Origin: Verrucomicrobiota bacterium
GTDB lineage: Bacteria; Verrucomicrobiota; Verrucomicrobiia; Limisphaerales; Palsa-1400
NCBI GenBank assembly: GCA_049510745.1
Contig: JBEKYR010000004.1
Span: 64,001 to 128,000 of the forward strand
Length of the DNA: 64,000 bases
Direction: 5' to 3'
Shown here: piece by piece, positions 1 through 9,901 of the stretch
Layout of the letters: every line of letters starts with the position of its first letter
How positions within the stretch are numbered: position 1 is the first letter of the stretch
Translations under genes and position numbers: made by a program
The notes under the pieces: model-generated
Seen by the model: only the letters and a program-made list of their open reading frames with translations
The model's database searches: none
What the model was told of the DNA's origin: nothing

Positions 1-100
1 GAATGACCTTCTCGCACAGCGCAACGGCTTGGGCGGGTTTTCCCGCCTCAAATTCTTTGACCGCTTGCTGGAGCAGTTGGATCAAATTGGATTTCAACAT
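1..100 (-). CDS. 5' end of a probable TPR-containing protein (runs off the window)
   Basis: Minus-strand ATG at 100 opens MLKSNLIQLLQQAVKEFEAGKPAQAVALCEKVI, a typical TPR N-terminal helix pair; not in the ORF track. Confidence 0.55.
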   Translation of the reverse strand, partial: MLKSNLIQLLQQAVKEFEAGKPAQAVALCEKVI

Positions 101-121
101 CCAGTCAATCTGTACCAATAA

Positions 122-223
122 ACGGCCGCCGCCAATCCGTTTGACGCCTCCGGCAATTTTGCGTTTACCAACGCCATCAACTCAAATGCGCCGCAGACCT
201 TGATAACCCTGAAAGTGCAATGA
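122..223 (+). pseudogene. Orphan 3' fragment resembling the C-terminal module of secreted proteins
   Basis: Reads TAAANPFDASGNFAFTNAINSNAPQTLITLKVQ*, preceded by in-frame TAA (119-121) with no start codon. Confidence 0.45.
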
Positions 224-251
224 ATCTAAATCCGGCGGCAAAATCTACCCG

Positions 252-275
252 GTAGGGCGTCGGTGCTCTGACGCC
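252..275 (+). repeat. GTAG-type REP-like palindrome
   Basis: GTAG followed by GGCGTCGG-TGCT-CTGACGCC imperfect hairpin; similar GTAG+hairpin units at 52179-52207 (+) and 56983-57006 (-). Confidence 0.45.
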
Positions 276-278
276 TGC

Positions 279-422
279 TTCAACCGCGTGGCCATTCGCT
301 CGACCCTCCAGCCTGGAACGGTGACGCTGACAGCCACGCGCGCGGGCCTGGAACCGGCCACGGCGCGGCTCGAATCCAAACCGGTCAAAATCAAAGGCGG
401 CCTGATGGAAGCGCCGCCCTGA
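279..422 (+). pseudogene. 3' relic of a GH2-type glycosidase (C-terminal Ig-like domain)
   Basis: FNRVAIRSTLQPGTVTLTATRAGLEPATARLESKPVKIKGGLMEAPP* resembles GH2 C-termini (compare GALALTARAEGLSSATA in 18971..21853); no catalytic part upstream. Confidence 0.5.
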
Positions 423-477
423 GCCTTGAAAGTTCCTCTTTGCAGGCGCCCGTCGCTGTGTTAGACTTTTCTTCAAC

Positions 478-696
478 ATGAGAACGGTTGAAGCAATCAT
501 CCAGCCCAATGGCGAGGTCCGGCTGGTCGAGCCGGTGCGTGTGCGGTCTCCCAGACGCGCGCTGGTGACGATCCTCGAAGAGGAGCCGCAGGTGCAGGAC
601 GCAGCCCTTTTGAGTGAAGCCGCGTTGGCGGAGGATTGGAATCGTCCCGAGGAGGATGCGGCGTGGGCACACTTGCAGCCGGCCAAGTCGTCATAG
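478..696 (+). CDS. Putative antitoxin of the MazF/PemK-family toxin
   Basis: 72 aa, acidic C-terminus ending in DWNRPEEDAAWAHL, overlapping the toxin start. Confidence 0.7.
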   Translation: MRTVEAIIQPNGEVRLVEPVRVRSPRRALVTILEEEPQVQDAALLSEAALAEDWNRPEEDAAWAHLQPAKSS

Positions 697-989
697 TTCA
701 CTTCCCCTTTTCCGATCTTACTGCCTCCAAATTGCGGCCGGCGGTGGTGCTGGCGGATGCGGGGCGAGAGGATTGGATTCTCTGCCAAATTACGAGCAAG
801 CCTTACGGCGACACACGCGCCATCAGGTTGGAGGACGGCGACTTTGCAAGCGGTTCATTGCGGCTCACGAGTTTTGCGCGCCCCGGCAAATTGTTCACGG
901 CCCATGCCAGCCTCGTGGCCGGACAAGTCGGCGAGTTGAAAGCTGGCAAGTTCGCCGCCATCCGCGACGCCGTAAAACGGGTGATATAG
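663..989 (+). CDS. MazF/PemK-family endoribonuclease toxin
   Basis: GQVVIVHFPFSDLTASKLRPAVVLA...ILCQITSKPY motif; GTG start at 663 preferred over 636. Confidence 0.85.
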   Translation: MGTLAAGQVVIVHFPFSDLTASKLRPAVVLADAGREDWILCQITSKPYGDTRAIRLEDGDFASGSLRLTSFARPGKLFTAHASLVAGQVGELKAGKFAAIRDAVKRVI

Positions 990-1150
990 GAACCCAGGTC
1001 TAAAGTCGGCGGGGAAAAGGGGGAATGGGTTTGCTTTTGGGATGTGGCTGGATTAGTGTACAGTCAATTGGTTGGCCGTTGGTTCCGCCCAAAGTCGCGC
1101 AGAGACCGGCGCGGTTTGAGCTTGTGCGCGGAATGACCCAGACAACCCGC

Positions 1151-1942
1151 ATGAGAACCAAAATCGGACTTGTGTTGCTGGCCGTCACTTTGCCGCTGGC
1201 GGGCGATGTCGCGCCGCCGCCGGTTTACACCAGCGGATTCAGCATGACCATCCGGCTGGGACGGGAGTTGTCCGAGGCGTTGCCGGCCCAGTACGGCGAG
1301 CAGTTGGACCCGCAGGTTGTCACCCTCCAAACCCAGGATTTGCCCCTGGTGGCGCCAATTGCGATCACCGAGGAGAATCATGTCTTGCGCCAGGTTTCCC
1401 TCTCGGCCGGGTTCATCGACCTGGTCAATCATCTGGCCCACGCCAAAGCCATCGACCACGTCCAACCGGGTTATTTCGAGCAATACGTCAAGAATCTCGC
1501 CCTGCTCTGCACCAGCAACAGTTCAGTGCAGCCGCCCAATATCGTGGACACGCGCTATTGGGCCGAGGACGTCATGAACGACCAAATCAGCTACTTCAAT
1601 CAGATGATCGCCGTGGCCATGGCCATCAACTTGTCGCATCACTACTTGGGCCATTACACCAAGTACGCTCCCAAGCTGGCCGGGGCCGGGGACAAACCGG
1701 TTCCGATCAACAGTTTTTTGACGCCGGACGAATGGGAGGTTTCGGTCAAGGCCGGGACGGTGGACGCCCTCAATTGCGCCCTGTCCACCGAGGGCATCCG
1801 GGCGCTCTTTGAGGCGATCGACAAGATGCCCCAGCGGCCGGGGTGGACGGCCTACATCCTTCCGCAACAGGTCGATATCAAAAAGCTCAATAAACAACTG
1901 GAACGGTACGAGGACGATTTTTTCCACGGGAAGTTGAAGTAG
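1151..1942 (+). CDS. Exported protein, degenerate M48 peptidase-like
   Basis: Signal peptide MRTKIGLVLLAVTLPLAG; AVAMAINLSHHYLGH sits where M48 peptidases have AHELGH. Confidence 0.55.
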   Translation: MRTKIGLVLLAVTLPLAGDVAPPPVYTSGFSMTIRLGRELSEALPAQYGEQLDPQVVTLQTQDLPLVAPIAITEENHVLRQVSLSAGFIDLVNHLAHAKAIDHVQPGYFEQYVKNLALLCTSNSSVQPPNIVDTRYWAEDVMNDQISYFNQMIAVAMAINLSHHYLGHYTKYAPKLAGAGDKPVPINSFLTPDEWEVSVKAGTVDALNCALSTEGIRALFEAIDKMPQRPGWTAYILPQQVDIKKLNKQLERYEDDFFHGKLK

Positions 1943-2002
1943 CCGGAATGGGCTTGACGCCGAGGCGCGGCGGGACAAGAATCGCGGGGTAAAGGTTATC
2001 TT

Positions 2003-3139
2003 ATGAGCAAAGTGGCAGGCATGGCGGCTGGGATGGTGTTTTTCTTCAGCATGGCAACGTCCATTCCCGCGCAAGAGCCGGTCCCTCCGCCCGCGCCGGA
2101 CACGCCGTTGCGCTCGGCGGCGGAATTGGATCAATTGCTCGGTCCCATCGCGCTTTATCCCGATCCGTTGATTGCGGAAATCCTTCCGGCTTCGACGTTC
2201 CCAAGCGAGATCGTGATGGCGGACCGTTATATCGGCGAAGGCGGCGATCCCAACCAAATCGCCAGCCAGGGGTGGGACCCAAGCATCCAGGGTCTGGCGC
2301 ATTACGCCAGCGTGCTCAAATGGATGGATGATAATCTGGCCTGGTCCACGCAATTGGGGCAGGCCTTTGAAAGCCAGCAAAGTGACGTGATGGATGCGAT
2401 CCAGCGCCTTCGCGCACAAGCCCAAAACCTCGGGAACCTGCCCAACACCCCGCAGGAAACGGTGGCCAGTGACGACGGAGCCATCGAAATCGAGCCGACG
2501 AATCCCGACGACATTTACGTGCCCGATTATTCGCCGGACACGATTTATTATCAGCCCGGCGTTTATTGCACCTACGGCATCGGATTTCCGATTGGCATCT
2601 GGCTGGCATATGATTGGAACTGGCGCGACCGTCATCTCATCTGGTGGGGGCCGGGGCATCCGCGTCCGGGCAACTGGTGGCATCAAACACCCCGCGAACG
2701 TCACGATTACATCGGCCAACACCCGGCGCCCGGCTGGCACGACGGCGGCAAGGCGGTCCTGCCGGCCAACCGTTATGACCGGGGCTTGGAAAAGCCGGAG
2801 GTTCCCCGCTCAGTCGCGCAGCCTGTGGTGCCGCGCGGGCATGCGGCCAGCGTGGTAACCGTCCACCCGGCGGAAACAGTTCGCGCTCGCGCCCCCGAGG
2901 TCGCGCCGGTGGAACGTCGCGCTCCGGCGGTCGCGCCGGTGGAACGTCGCGCCTCTGCGCCCAGCGAGTCGGCTGGCGGGGTTTTTGGCGGCTTCCAGAG
3001 CGGACGCCAGACGCAGGAGTCGAGTTCCCGCGGGCAGGCCAGCCGCGCCACGAGCGCCCCCTCCTTTTCGGCCCCGGTGTCGCATGGCGGCGGCGGTGGG
3101 GGCGGCGGGGGCGGTGGCGGTGGCTCAAAGCGACGTTGA
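2003..3139 (+). CDS. DUF3300 domain exported protein
   Basis: ELDQLLGPIALYPDPLIAEILPASTFP and WDPSIQGL motifs; low-complexity tail with a 30-bp tandem repeat (VAPVERRA x2) and poly-Gly. Confidence 0.85.
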   Translation: MSKVAGMAAGMVFFFSMATSIPAQEPVPPPAPDTPLRSAAELDQLLGPIALYPDPLIAEILPASTFPSEIVMADRYIGEGGDPNQIASQGWDPSIQGLAHYASVLKWMDDNLAWSTQLGQAFESQQSDVMDAIQRLRAQAQNLGNLPNTPQETVASDDGAIEIEPTNPDDIYVPDYSPDTIYYQPGVYCTYGIGFPIGIWLAYDWNWRDRHLIWWGPGHPRPGNWWHQTPRERHDYIGQHPAPGWHDGGKAVLPANRYDRGLEKPEVPRSVAQPVVPRGHAASVVTVHPAETVRARAPEVAPVERRAPAVAPVERRASAPSESAGGVFGGFQSGRQTQESSSRGQASRATSAPSFSAPVSHGGGGGGGGGGGGGSKRR

Positions 3140-3148
3140 ATTCCAGGC

Positions 3149-4087
3149 ATGAAACCTCATTCTTTATCCCACAGTCTCCGAGTCGGAGTGGCTGCCGTTG
3201 GCGCGCTTCTTGTGATGGCCAGCCTCCAAGCCGTTGCGCAGGAGCGGTTTGCCACTTCTGATGACGCGGTCAAGGCGCTGACGGCCGCCACCGGAAACAA
3301 AGACACCAACGCTTTCGCTCAAATTTTCGGCCCGACGCTGCACGGCCTTGTTTCAGCGGATCCGGTGCAGGCGAGCAACGCCTTTGCTGTATTCACGCGG
3401 CGCGTCGCCGAGAAAGTCGAGCCGGTCCGCCAATCGGATGCGAAGGTCCGACTGGACTTGGGGGCGGACGCCTGGCCCTTCCCCATTCCGCTGGTGATGC
3501 AGAATGGGCAATGGTTTTTCGACACGGCGGCCGGGGCGGAGGAAATTCTGAATCGGCGCATCGGGCGGAACGAGTTGGACACGATCAGCGTCTGCCACGC
3601 TTATGTCGAGGCGCAACGCGCTTACGCCAGCCAGGATCGGTTGGGCGAGGGAGTGCTGGCTTACGCGCAGCAACTGCGCAGCACGCCCGGCGCGCACGAC
3701 GGTTTGTATTGGCATGCCGGGCCGGGCGAGGACGCCAGTCCGCTTGGCCCCCTGATCGCCCAGGCGCGCGGGGAAGGGTACCGGCACGAGTCCAAGATCA
3801 TGACGGAGGCGCAGGTTCCGTATCACGGCTATTATTTCAGAATCCTCACCCGCCAGGGCGCGCGCGCTCCCGGAGGGAAATACAATTACATCATCAACGG
3901 GCGCATGATCGCCGGGTTCGCCTTCGTGGCGTGGCCGGCGCAATGGGGGAATTCGGGCGTGATGACGTTCATCGTCAACCAGCAGGGCAAGGTTTATGAA
4001 CGGAACCTGGGGCCAAAAACCGACGCCATCGCCCGGAAAATGAGGGCTTACGACCCTGGACCGGACTGGAAAGCGGCGGAGAAATAG
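3149..4087 (+). CDS. DUF2950 domain exported protein
   Basis: WPFPIPLV...EEILNRRIGRNEL, PYHGYYFRIL and GVMTFIVNQQG motifs; usual partner of DUF3300. Confidence 0.88.
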   Translation: MKPHSLSHSLRVGVAAVGALLVMASLQAVAQERFATSDDAVKALTAATGNKDTNAFAQIFGPTLHGLVSADPVQASNAFAVFTRRVAEKVEPVRQSDAKVRLDLGADAWPFPIPLVMQNGQWFFDTAAGAEEILNRRIGRNELDTISVCHAYVEAQRAYASQDRLGEGVLAYAQQLRSTPGAHDGLYWHAGPGEDASPLGPLIAQARGEGYRHESKIMTEAQVPYHGYYFRILTRQGARAPGGKYNYIINGRMIAGFAFVAWPAQWGNSGVMTFIVNQQGKVYERNLGPKTDAIARKMRAYDPGPDWKAAEK

Positions 4088-4349
4088 GCCGACACCAAAG
4101 CGACTTGAAATTTTCACGGGTTCGTGACGCGATTCCCGTTGACAAACGCGCCCGATTCTGCGAGTTTCGCCGCGTTAATGAATGGGAAGAAGGTCAAATT
4201 CGACGATTTTCTTGAGGCAACCCAAGCGGAAACCGGTTGCCGCGTTCTTTTCAACGGGATCGGAGCGTCAATTGAAACGTCAGTTGTCGGATCGCCAGGC
4301 CCTTTATCGTAAAAAACATCGATTAACAAACAAACAGCAAAGCCACCTT

Positions 4350-6560
4350 ATGAAAAAATTAGCTGCATTCCTCACCATTGCCTTTCTGACTTCCCTGTCC
4401 GTGCGGGCGGATGTGATTTTCCAGGATCTCCTGAATTACCCCGACGGATTGTTTGAAGGCGACGGTTTGTGGCAGGTCTATTCGCCAGCCCCCCCGATCG
4501 CTCCCTATGGGGACGCATTTATCACGAATGATTTGTTGATTCTCAACGAAAACAACAATGACTGCGTGGAGGCTCCTTTCACCAACGATCTCGCCAGCTC
4601 AGTCATCTTCGCTAGTTTTACCATCAATGTCACCACGTTGCCGTCGGTGAACGGCGGTTATTTTTGCGAGTTCCAGGATGCTGGCAACAGTAATGAGGTC
4701 GCCCACGTGTTCATCGCCACGACGGGCACCTCGGTTCCGGGGACTTATCGCCTGGGCATTAACAATTATATCGCATCCTCTTCCATCACCGCCAAGGCCA
4801 AGTTTTATCCGCTAGACCTGTCCACCAACATCACCTATTATGTGGTCTTCAGCTATGACACCGTTCAAACTGATCCGTATCCTGGCGCCACTCTGGTTGT
4901 CAACCCGGCAACGGTGGCTGATTATGACGCCAGCCCCGCTTTTGGCACTGATAACTCCCCCACGCCAGGCCAAGAGACTATAACAAATTCGCAGATTGGT
5001 TTCAGCCAGTACGACAATCAAGGCGTGGCGGGGATTGGCGATGTGTTTGTCGGCACCAGCTTCGGCGATGTTTTCACCAATACTCCTCAGATTCCGGTGA
5101 TTGGCATCCAGCCGCAGGACGGCAGTGTTTATTCCGGCAACAGTCTGACGCTTTATACGGCGGCTTCCGGCCTTGGCCAGTTGACCTACCAGTGGCTTTC
5201 CAACACCGTTCCGCTTTCCGATGATGGCATCACGGTGATCGGTTCGGCCTCGAACATCCTCGTTTTGAGCAACCTGCAAAACACCGCCAGCTACGGCGTT
5301 ATCGTCGGAAACACAGCGGGCACCACCAATAGCATGGCGGCGCTGGTGACGGTGACCAACACACCCACGGAGCCGTTTTTCATCACTCAACCGGTGGGCG
5401 TGACGAATGGCATCGGCGCCACCATCACCTTGACTGCGCTTGCCAATGGCACCGGGCCGTTGACTTATCAATGGTTTTTTGAAGAGACCAATCTCAGTAC
5501 TTATGTTTCGGTGGGAACCGGTCCCACCCTGACCCTGGCCAACGTCAATTTTAACCAATCGGGATCCTATTACGTTACTGCCACCGGCGGCGACGGCAGC
5601 CAAAACAGCGCCACCGTCAATGTGCAGGTGATTCCCCCGCCATTGGTCACTCTGGGCTATATGCATAGTTTGCTGATTCCCAATGCCCCTAATGGTACTC
5701 TTAATATCAACAACGGAGCGATATACACTGTTCAGGGTGTGGTTACGACTGTCGGCCAAATTGGGTCGAAAACTTACTCTGAATACTTTATTCAGGATGC
5801 AACCGGAGGCGCGCTGGTCTTTGTTAATCCTGCCACCTCCAATACGCCGCCCGTGGGCAGCCTCGTCACAGTAACGGGTCCGGCCCAGCAATATTATGGA
5901 GAATTAGAAATGGTTCCCAACGTGACGAACGGCAGCAGCACCGTAGGCATAATCAGTTCCGGCAACCCGGTGCCGGCGCCCGTGCCGCTGAACCTGCCAC
6001 TGATGGCCGCCACTCCCATGAGCGCCTATGGGCTTGGCATCCAATGTTCCCTCGTCACCCTTACCAATGTGTGGCTTTATTCCTCATCCAAGGGCGCTGC
6101 GGTCAGTGGCACTTACCCAAATAACAGCACCAAGGCGCTGTATGCGTTCAACCAGCCCTATTCCGCGGGCCAGCCGTATATGGAAGTTTATGTTTATACC
6201 TATACTAATGCTTCGAGCCTAAACACGAATTACTTCGGCAAGGCGATCCCCAGTTTTGCTTATGAAATAACCGGGGCGATGGCGCTCTACAACCCGACCT
6301 CGCCCGAAATCTATCCGTCACGTTATCAAGACATTGTCACCAACCCGCCGGCGTCCTTCCCGCTCAGCCTCTCATACACCAACGGAGTTTCAACGCTGAG
6401 CTGGCCGGCAGTGGTCGGCTCGACTTACAGCGTCTATAGCACCACCGACGCCGCCAGTCCCTGGACGCGGACCTTTGGTTTGAGTTATTATCCGAGCAGC
6501 GGCGTTTATACGACAACCAATTCCGCCGCCAGCCAGTTGTATTATGTCACCAGCCCCTGA
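4350..6560 (+). CDS. Secreted protein with two Ig-like domains, an OB-fold-like region and the shared C-terminal module
   Basis: Signal peptide [28 protein letters not shown]...LTYQW Ig motifs; TVQGVVT...YFIQDATGG...[10 protein letters not shown]-like segment; upstream extension to 4182 not supported. Confidence 0.75.
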   Translation: MKKLAAFLTIAFLTSLSVRADVIFQDLLNYPDGLFEGDGLWQVYSPAPPIAPYGDAFITNDLLILNENNNDCVEAPFTNDLASSVIFASFTINVTTLPSVNGGYFCEFQDAGNSNEVAHVFIATTGTSVPGTYRLGINNYIASSSITAKAKFYPLDLSTNITYYVVFSYDTVQTDPYPGATLVVNPATVADYDASPAFGTDNSPTPGQETITNSQIGFSQYDNQGVAGIGDVFVGTSFGDVFTNTPQIPVIGIQPQDGSVYSGNSLTLYTAASGLGQLTYQWLSNTVPLSDDGITVIGSASNILVLSNLQNTASYGVIVGNTAGTTNSMAALVTVTNTPTEPFFITQPVGVTNGIGATITLTALANGTGPLTYQWFFEETNLSTYVSVGTGPTLTLANVNFNQSGSYYVTATGGDGSQNSATVNVQVIPPPLVTLGYMHSLLIPNAPNGTLNINNGAIYTVQGVVTTVGQIGSKTYSEYFIQDATGGALVFVNPATSNTPPVGSLVTVTGPAQQYYGELEMVPNVTNGSSTVGIISSGNPVPAPVPLNLPLMAATPMSAYGLGIQCSLVTLTNVWLYSSSKGAAVSGTYPNNSTKALYAFNQPYSAGQPYMEVYVYTYTNASSLNTNYFGKAIPSFAYEITGAMALYNPTSPEIYPSRYQDIVTNPPASFPLSLSYTNGVSTLSWPAVVGSTYSVYSTTDAASPWTRTFGLSYYPSSGVYTTTNSAASQLYYVTSP

Positions 6561-6583
6561 TTGCCGGGGACTGGCCTTGCAAT

Positions 6584-7519
6584 ATGCGTAACAAATTCAG
6601 TGCAGTGGGCGTGAATGCGGCCGGCAGGCGGCGCGCATTCACGCTCATTGAGTTGCTGGTCGTCATTGCCATCATCGCCATTCTGGCGGCCCTGCTGCTG
6701 CCGGCCCTGGCCAAAGCCAAGGAACAAGCCAAGCAGGCGCACTGTTTCTCCAATATCAAACAATGGGGGCTTGCCATCCAGATGTATTCCCCGGACAACA
6801 ATAACGGAATACCGCGCGATGGAATGGGAGTAAACGGAGACTACGCTCCAGATAGTACTGTAGCGGCAAGCGATCCTCGAAATCCTTATGGTGTTGCGGT
6901 TAACACCGGCACTCCCGAGGACCCGAGCGGTTGGTTTAACCTTCTCCCTCCGTATATGGGCGGAAAAACCCTGCTCACTTTTTACAACGCTCTCGAAAAT
7001 GCGCGGGGCGGAAGCGCGACAAAAGCAACACTTTATATGCCCTTTCCCGGCGGCCTTGGCCCTATCTGGGAATGTCCTTCCGCGAACATGACCTTGGGTA
7101 CTGTAGCCAATGTTTTGGCTGGACAGGGTGATTACGGCTTCTTTAGTTACGTCATGAACATTGACTTGAAAAGGGCAGATACTGGCGGCTACACCTCGGC
7201 GCTGCCCTGGCCGACCATGCCAAAGATGACCCGGCTTCCAAAACCGGCCGCCACGGTCTGCATGTATGACGAAGTCTTTGATCCGCTCACTGAAGTTGTC
7301 AACGGTTCGCCCCAGTATAATTCGGTCAACCCGGCTGATCGGCAAAACAGCTATGCCTCGCGTCATAACCAAGGCGGGATTATCAATTTTATTGACGGCC
7401 ACGCCCGTTTTTTCAAAACCGCCTATATCCAAAACAATCCCTCCACCGGCGGCGAGCTTGAACCCTTGTTGCCGGATGTTATTTGGGATTGGCCGTATCG
7501 AGCTTCCCTCGGTTTCTGA
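6584..7519 (+). CDS. Prepilin-type N-terminal cleavage/methylation protein with H-X9-DG C-terminal motif
   Basis: [39 protein letters not shown]. Confidence 0.9.
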   Translation: MRNKFSAVGVNAAGRRRAFTLIELLVVIAIIAILAALLLPALAKAKEQAKQAHCFSNIKQWGLAIQMYSPDNNNGIPRDGMGVNGDYAPDSTVAASDPRNPYGVAVNTGTPEDPSGWFNLLPPYMGGKTLLTFYNALENARGGSATKATLYMPFPGGLGPIWECPSANMTLGTVANVLAGQGDYGFFSYVMNIDLKRADTGGYTSALPWPTMPKMTRLPKPAATVCMYDEVFDPLTEVVNGSPQYNSVNPADRQNSYASRHNQGGIINFIDGHARFFKTAYIQNNPSTGGELEPLLPDVIWDWPYRASLGF

Positions 7520-7547
7520 GTTGCCGGCTTCCGTCCCGGACTTTCTG

Positions 7548-9797
7548 TCAGTTGGCTTGCCCATGAAATGGCCGGCCTGCCTCGAATGCCGCGCGCAATC
7601 GCCCGGCTTCTGCTTCCAAGTCTCTCTGCCCTTGCGCTTTGGCCAGTTCTTCGGCCTTCCCCACCGTGGCCAGCGCCTCGGCGAATCGGCCCGCTTCGGC
7701 ATAGGCCGCCGCCAGCGTCAGCAGCATCGCCGGCCGCTTCCGGCCCGTCAGTTCGCACGCTCGCGCGGCCATCTCGACGGCCTGGCCGCCGTTGCGCAGT
7801 TCCGGCTGGCCGTCGGTGGCGGCGATCCAGGCGAGGTGCTGCAAGGCCTCCGGGAAATCCGGGTTTTGCAGCAGCGTCGCCGCATAGTGGCTCATGGCGT
7901 CGCGCGTCTGGCCCAGGTGCTCCAAGGCCAGGCCGTACTGGAATTGCGCGTTGAAATTGGCCGGCTGTGTCCGCGCCAGCGGCTTCAGAAGTTCGGCCGC
8001 TTCGGCCCACTGCTGCCGCTGGTTGAGGGCCTGCCCCAGATTATACCGGGTTTCGGCGTCGCCGGGATTGAGTTTGAGCGCCGTCCGAAGCTCCGTCACG
8101 CCGTCGGCCAGCCGTCCGGTCTGCAAGTAAGCGACGCCCAGGTTGTTATGGGCCTCCGCCAGGGTCGGGTCCAGGCGCAAGGCTTGCTCGTAATGCGCGA
8201 TGCTCTCCTGCAACCGTCCCTGCTTCATGAGCGCCATCGCCCAATCGCTCTCGGCCGGGGCCGACTCCGGGTCGGTCTTGAGGGCGGCTTGATAATGGGC
8301 CACCGCCTGGTCGAATTTGTTCTCCTTGGCCAGCAGCAGCCCGACCATGATGTGCGCCGCGTCGAAGTCCGGCCTCAGCCGCAGCGCCTTGCCGTATTCC
8401 GACATCGCGTCGGCTGTCTGCCCTTTCCTCTCCAGCGCGCGGCCGAGAAAGAAATGGGCTTCCGGGTATTCGGGTTTGCAGGCCAGCGCCTGGCGGTAGA
8501 GCCGGATGGCGTCGTCCAGTTTCCCCTTGTCCGCCTCCATGCTCCCGACCAGCGTCATCGCCAGGTAATTGTTGGAGGTGATTTCCATCGCCCGCCCGAA
8601 AAGCGTGCGCGTGTCCTTCCAATACCGAAGTTCCGCGGAAGTCGCAACCACGAGCGCCGCGCCCAACAGCGGAACCAATAGTTTGACGGCGGGCTGGCGC
8701 GCCGCCCATTGCGCTCCGCCCCAAACCACGATCACGAAGAAACCGATGGAGGGCAGGTAGAGGTAGCGGTCAGCCCATCCCTGCCCGCCCACCTGCACCA
8801 AACCAATCACCGGCACCAGCATCCCCAGGAACCACAGCCAGCCCACAGCCAGCCAAGGCCGCCGGCGCGCCCCGGCCACGGCCAGCCACGTCATCAGTGC
8901 CAGGGCGGCGCCCGCTTCCGCGCCCCAAACCATCGGCTCACGATGTTGATAGGGATAATACACCGCCAGATGCCACGGAAACACCAGCACGCGAAGGTAA
9001 TCCAGATAAGAAATCAGCGCATGAGTGATCCGCCCCGAAACTGGCAACTCCGCCGCCGTCGCGACGGCCTGGCCAATGCCTTGCGCCCAGATCGTGATCG
9101 CGCACCAAACCGCGCTCAAGGCCAGCAACGGCCATTTCTCCGCCACCAGACGCCGCCATGATGGCCAGTCCAGGCCCCGCGCGCGACGCAGCGGCCAGAA
9201 ATCCAGCAGCAACAGCACAAAGGGCAGCGTCACCGCCATCGGTTTCGCCATCAAGGCCAAGGCGAAGAGGAGAACCACCGCCCAATAGAAGAATTTGAAA
9301 TTTGAAATTCGAAATTTGAACTCCTCCACATAGCGCAGGTACGCCCCAACCGCCAGCAGACAAAAGAAGGAACTGAGCACGTCCTTGCGCTCCGCCACCC
9401 ACGCCACCGATTCGACGTGCGCCGGATGCACCGCAAAGAGCGCCGCCACGCAGGCGCTGCGCCAGACCGCCCCCGTCATGCGAGTCAACACCAGAAAAAG
9501 CAGGACGCTGTTGGCGGCGTGAAAGAGAACGCTGGTTAAATGATGGCCCCAGGGCCGCAGCCCGTAAAGCTGGCAATCGAGCATGTGGGAGAGCAGGGTC
9601 AACGGATGCCAGTTGCCCGCCGTCGTGACGCGGAACGCCCAGGCGAGGCCGTCGAGGGTCAACCCGGCCTGCACGTGCCGGTTTTCCGTCACGTAAGCCT
9701 GGTCGTCAAAGGTCAGGAATTGGCAGCGCAGGGCCGGCGCATAGAGCGCCACCGTCAGGGCCGCCAGGGCCAGGCAAATCCATAATGAACGACGCAT
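7548..9797 (-). CDS. TMTC-like membrane glycosyltransferase-fold protein with C-terminal TPR repeats
   Basis: FDDQAYV, NWHPLT, HPAHVESVAWVAERKDVL and ADRYLYLPSIG motifs, followed by multiple TPRs. Confidence 0.85.
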   Translation of the reverse strand: MRRSLWICLALAALTVALYAPALRCQFLTFDDQAYVTENRHVQAGLTLDGLAWAFRVTTAGNWHPLTLLSHMLDCQLYGLRPWGHHLTSVLFHAANSVLLFLVLTRMTGAVWRSACVAALFAVHPAHVESVAWVAERKDVLSSFFCLLAVGAYLRYVEEFKFRISNFKFFYWAVVLLFALALMAKPMAVTLPFVLLLLDFWPLRRARGLDWPSWRRLVAEKWPLLALSAVWCAITIWAQGIGQAVATAAELPVSGRITHALISYLDYLRVLVFPWHLAVYYPYQHREPMVWGAEAGAALALMTWLAVAGARRRPWLAVGWLWFLGMLVPVIGLVQVGGQGWADRYLYLPSIGFFVIVVWGGAQWAARQPAVKLLVPLLGAALVVATSAELRYWKDTRTLFGRAMEITSNNYLAMTLVGSMEADKGKLDDAIRLYRQALACKPEYPEAHFFLGRALERKGQTADAMSEYGKALRLRPDFDAAHIMVGLLLAKENKFDQAVAHYQAALKTDPESAPAESDWAMALMKQGRLQESIAHYEQALRLDPTLAEAHNNLGVAYLQTGRLADGVTELRTALKLNPGDAETRYNLGQALNQRQQWAEAAELLKPLARTQPANFNAQFQYGLALEHLGQTRDAMSHYAATLLQNPDFPEALQHLAWIAATDGQPELRNGGQAVEMAARACELTGRKRPAMLLTLAAAYAEAGRFAEALATVGKAEELAKAQGQRDLEAEAGRLRAAFEAGRPFHGQAN
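9292..9319. repeat. Heptamer tandem repeat (AATTTGA)x4 inside the TMTC-like CDS
   Basis: aatttga aatttga aattcga aatttga, encoding FKFRISNFKF on the minus strand. Confidence 0.75.
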
Positions 9798-9800
9798 CCT

Positions 9801-9878
9801 GATTTACGATTTACGATTCACGATTTACGAGGGGACCGCAAATGGCAATGTTGAACTTTGCACTTTGAGTTTTGAACT
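9801..9878. repeat. Two intergenic heptamer arrays: (GATTTAC)x4 and (TTGAACT-like)x4
   Basis: 9801-9830 gatttac gatttac gattcac gatttac; 9851-9878 ttgaact ttgcact ttgagtt ttgaact. Confidence 0.75.
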
Positions 9879-9901
9879 TCTTCACGGCATACTCTGCGGC
9901 C

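Noticed and set aside
4165..4349. Riboswitch-like leader (GGGAAGAAGGTCAAATTC; GGCAACC...GGTTGCC hairpin)
   Set aside because: Only superficial similarity to cobalamin or c-di-GMP aptamers; conserved cores are missing; an Rfam search is needed
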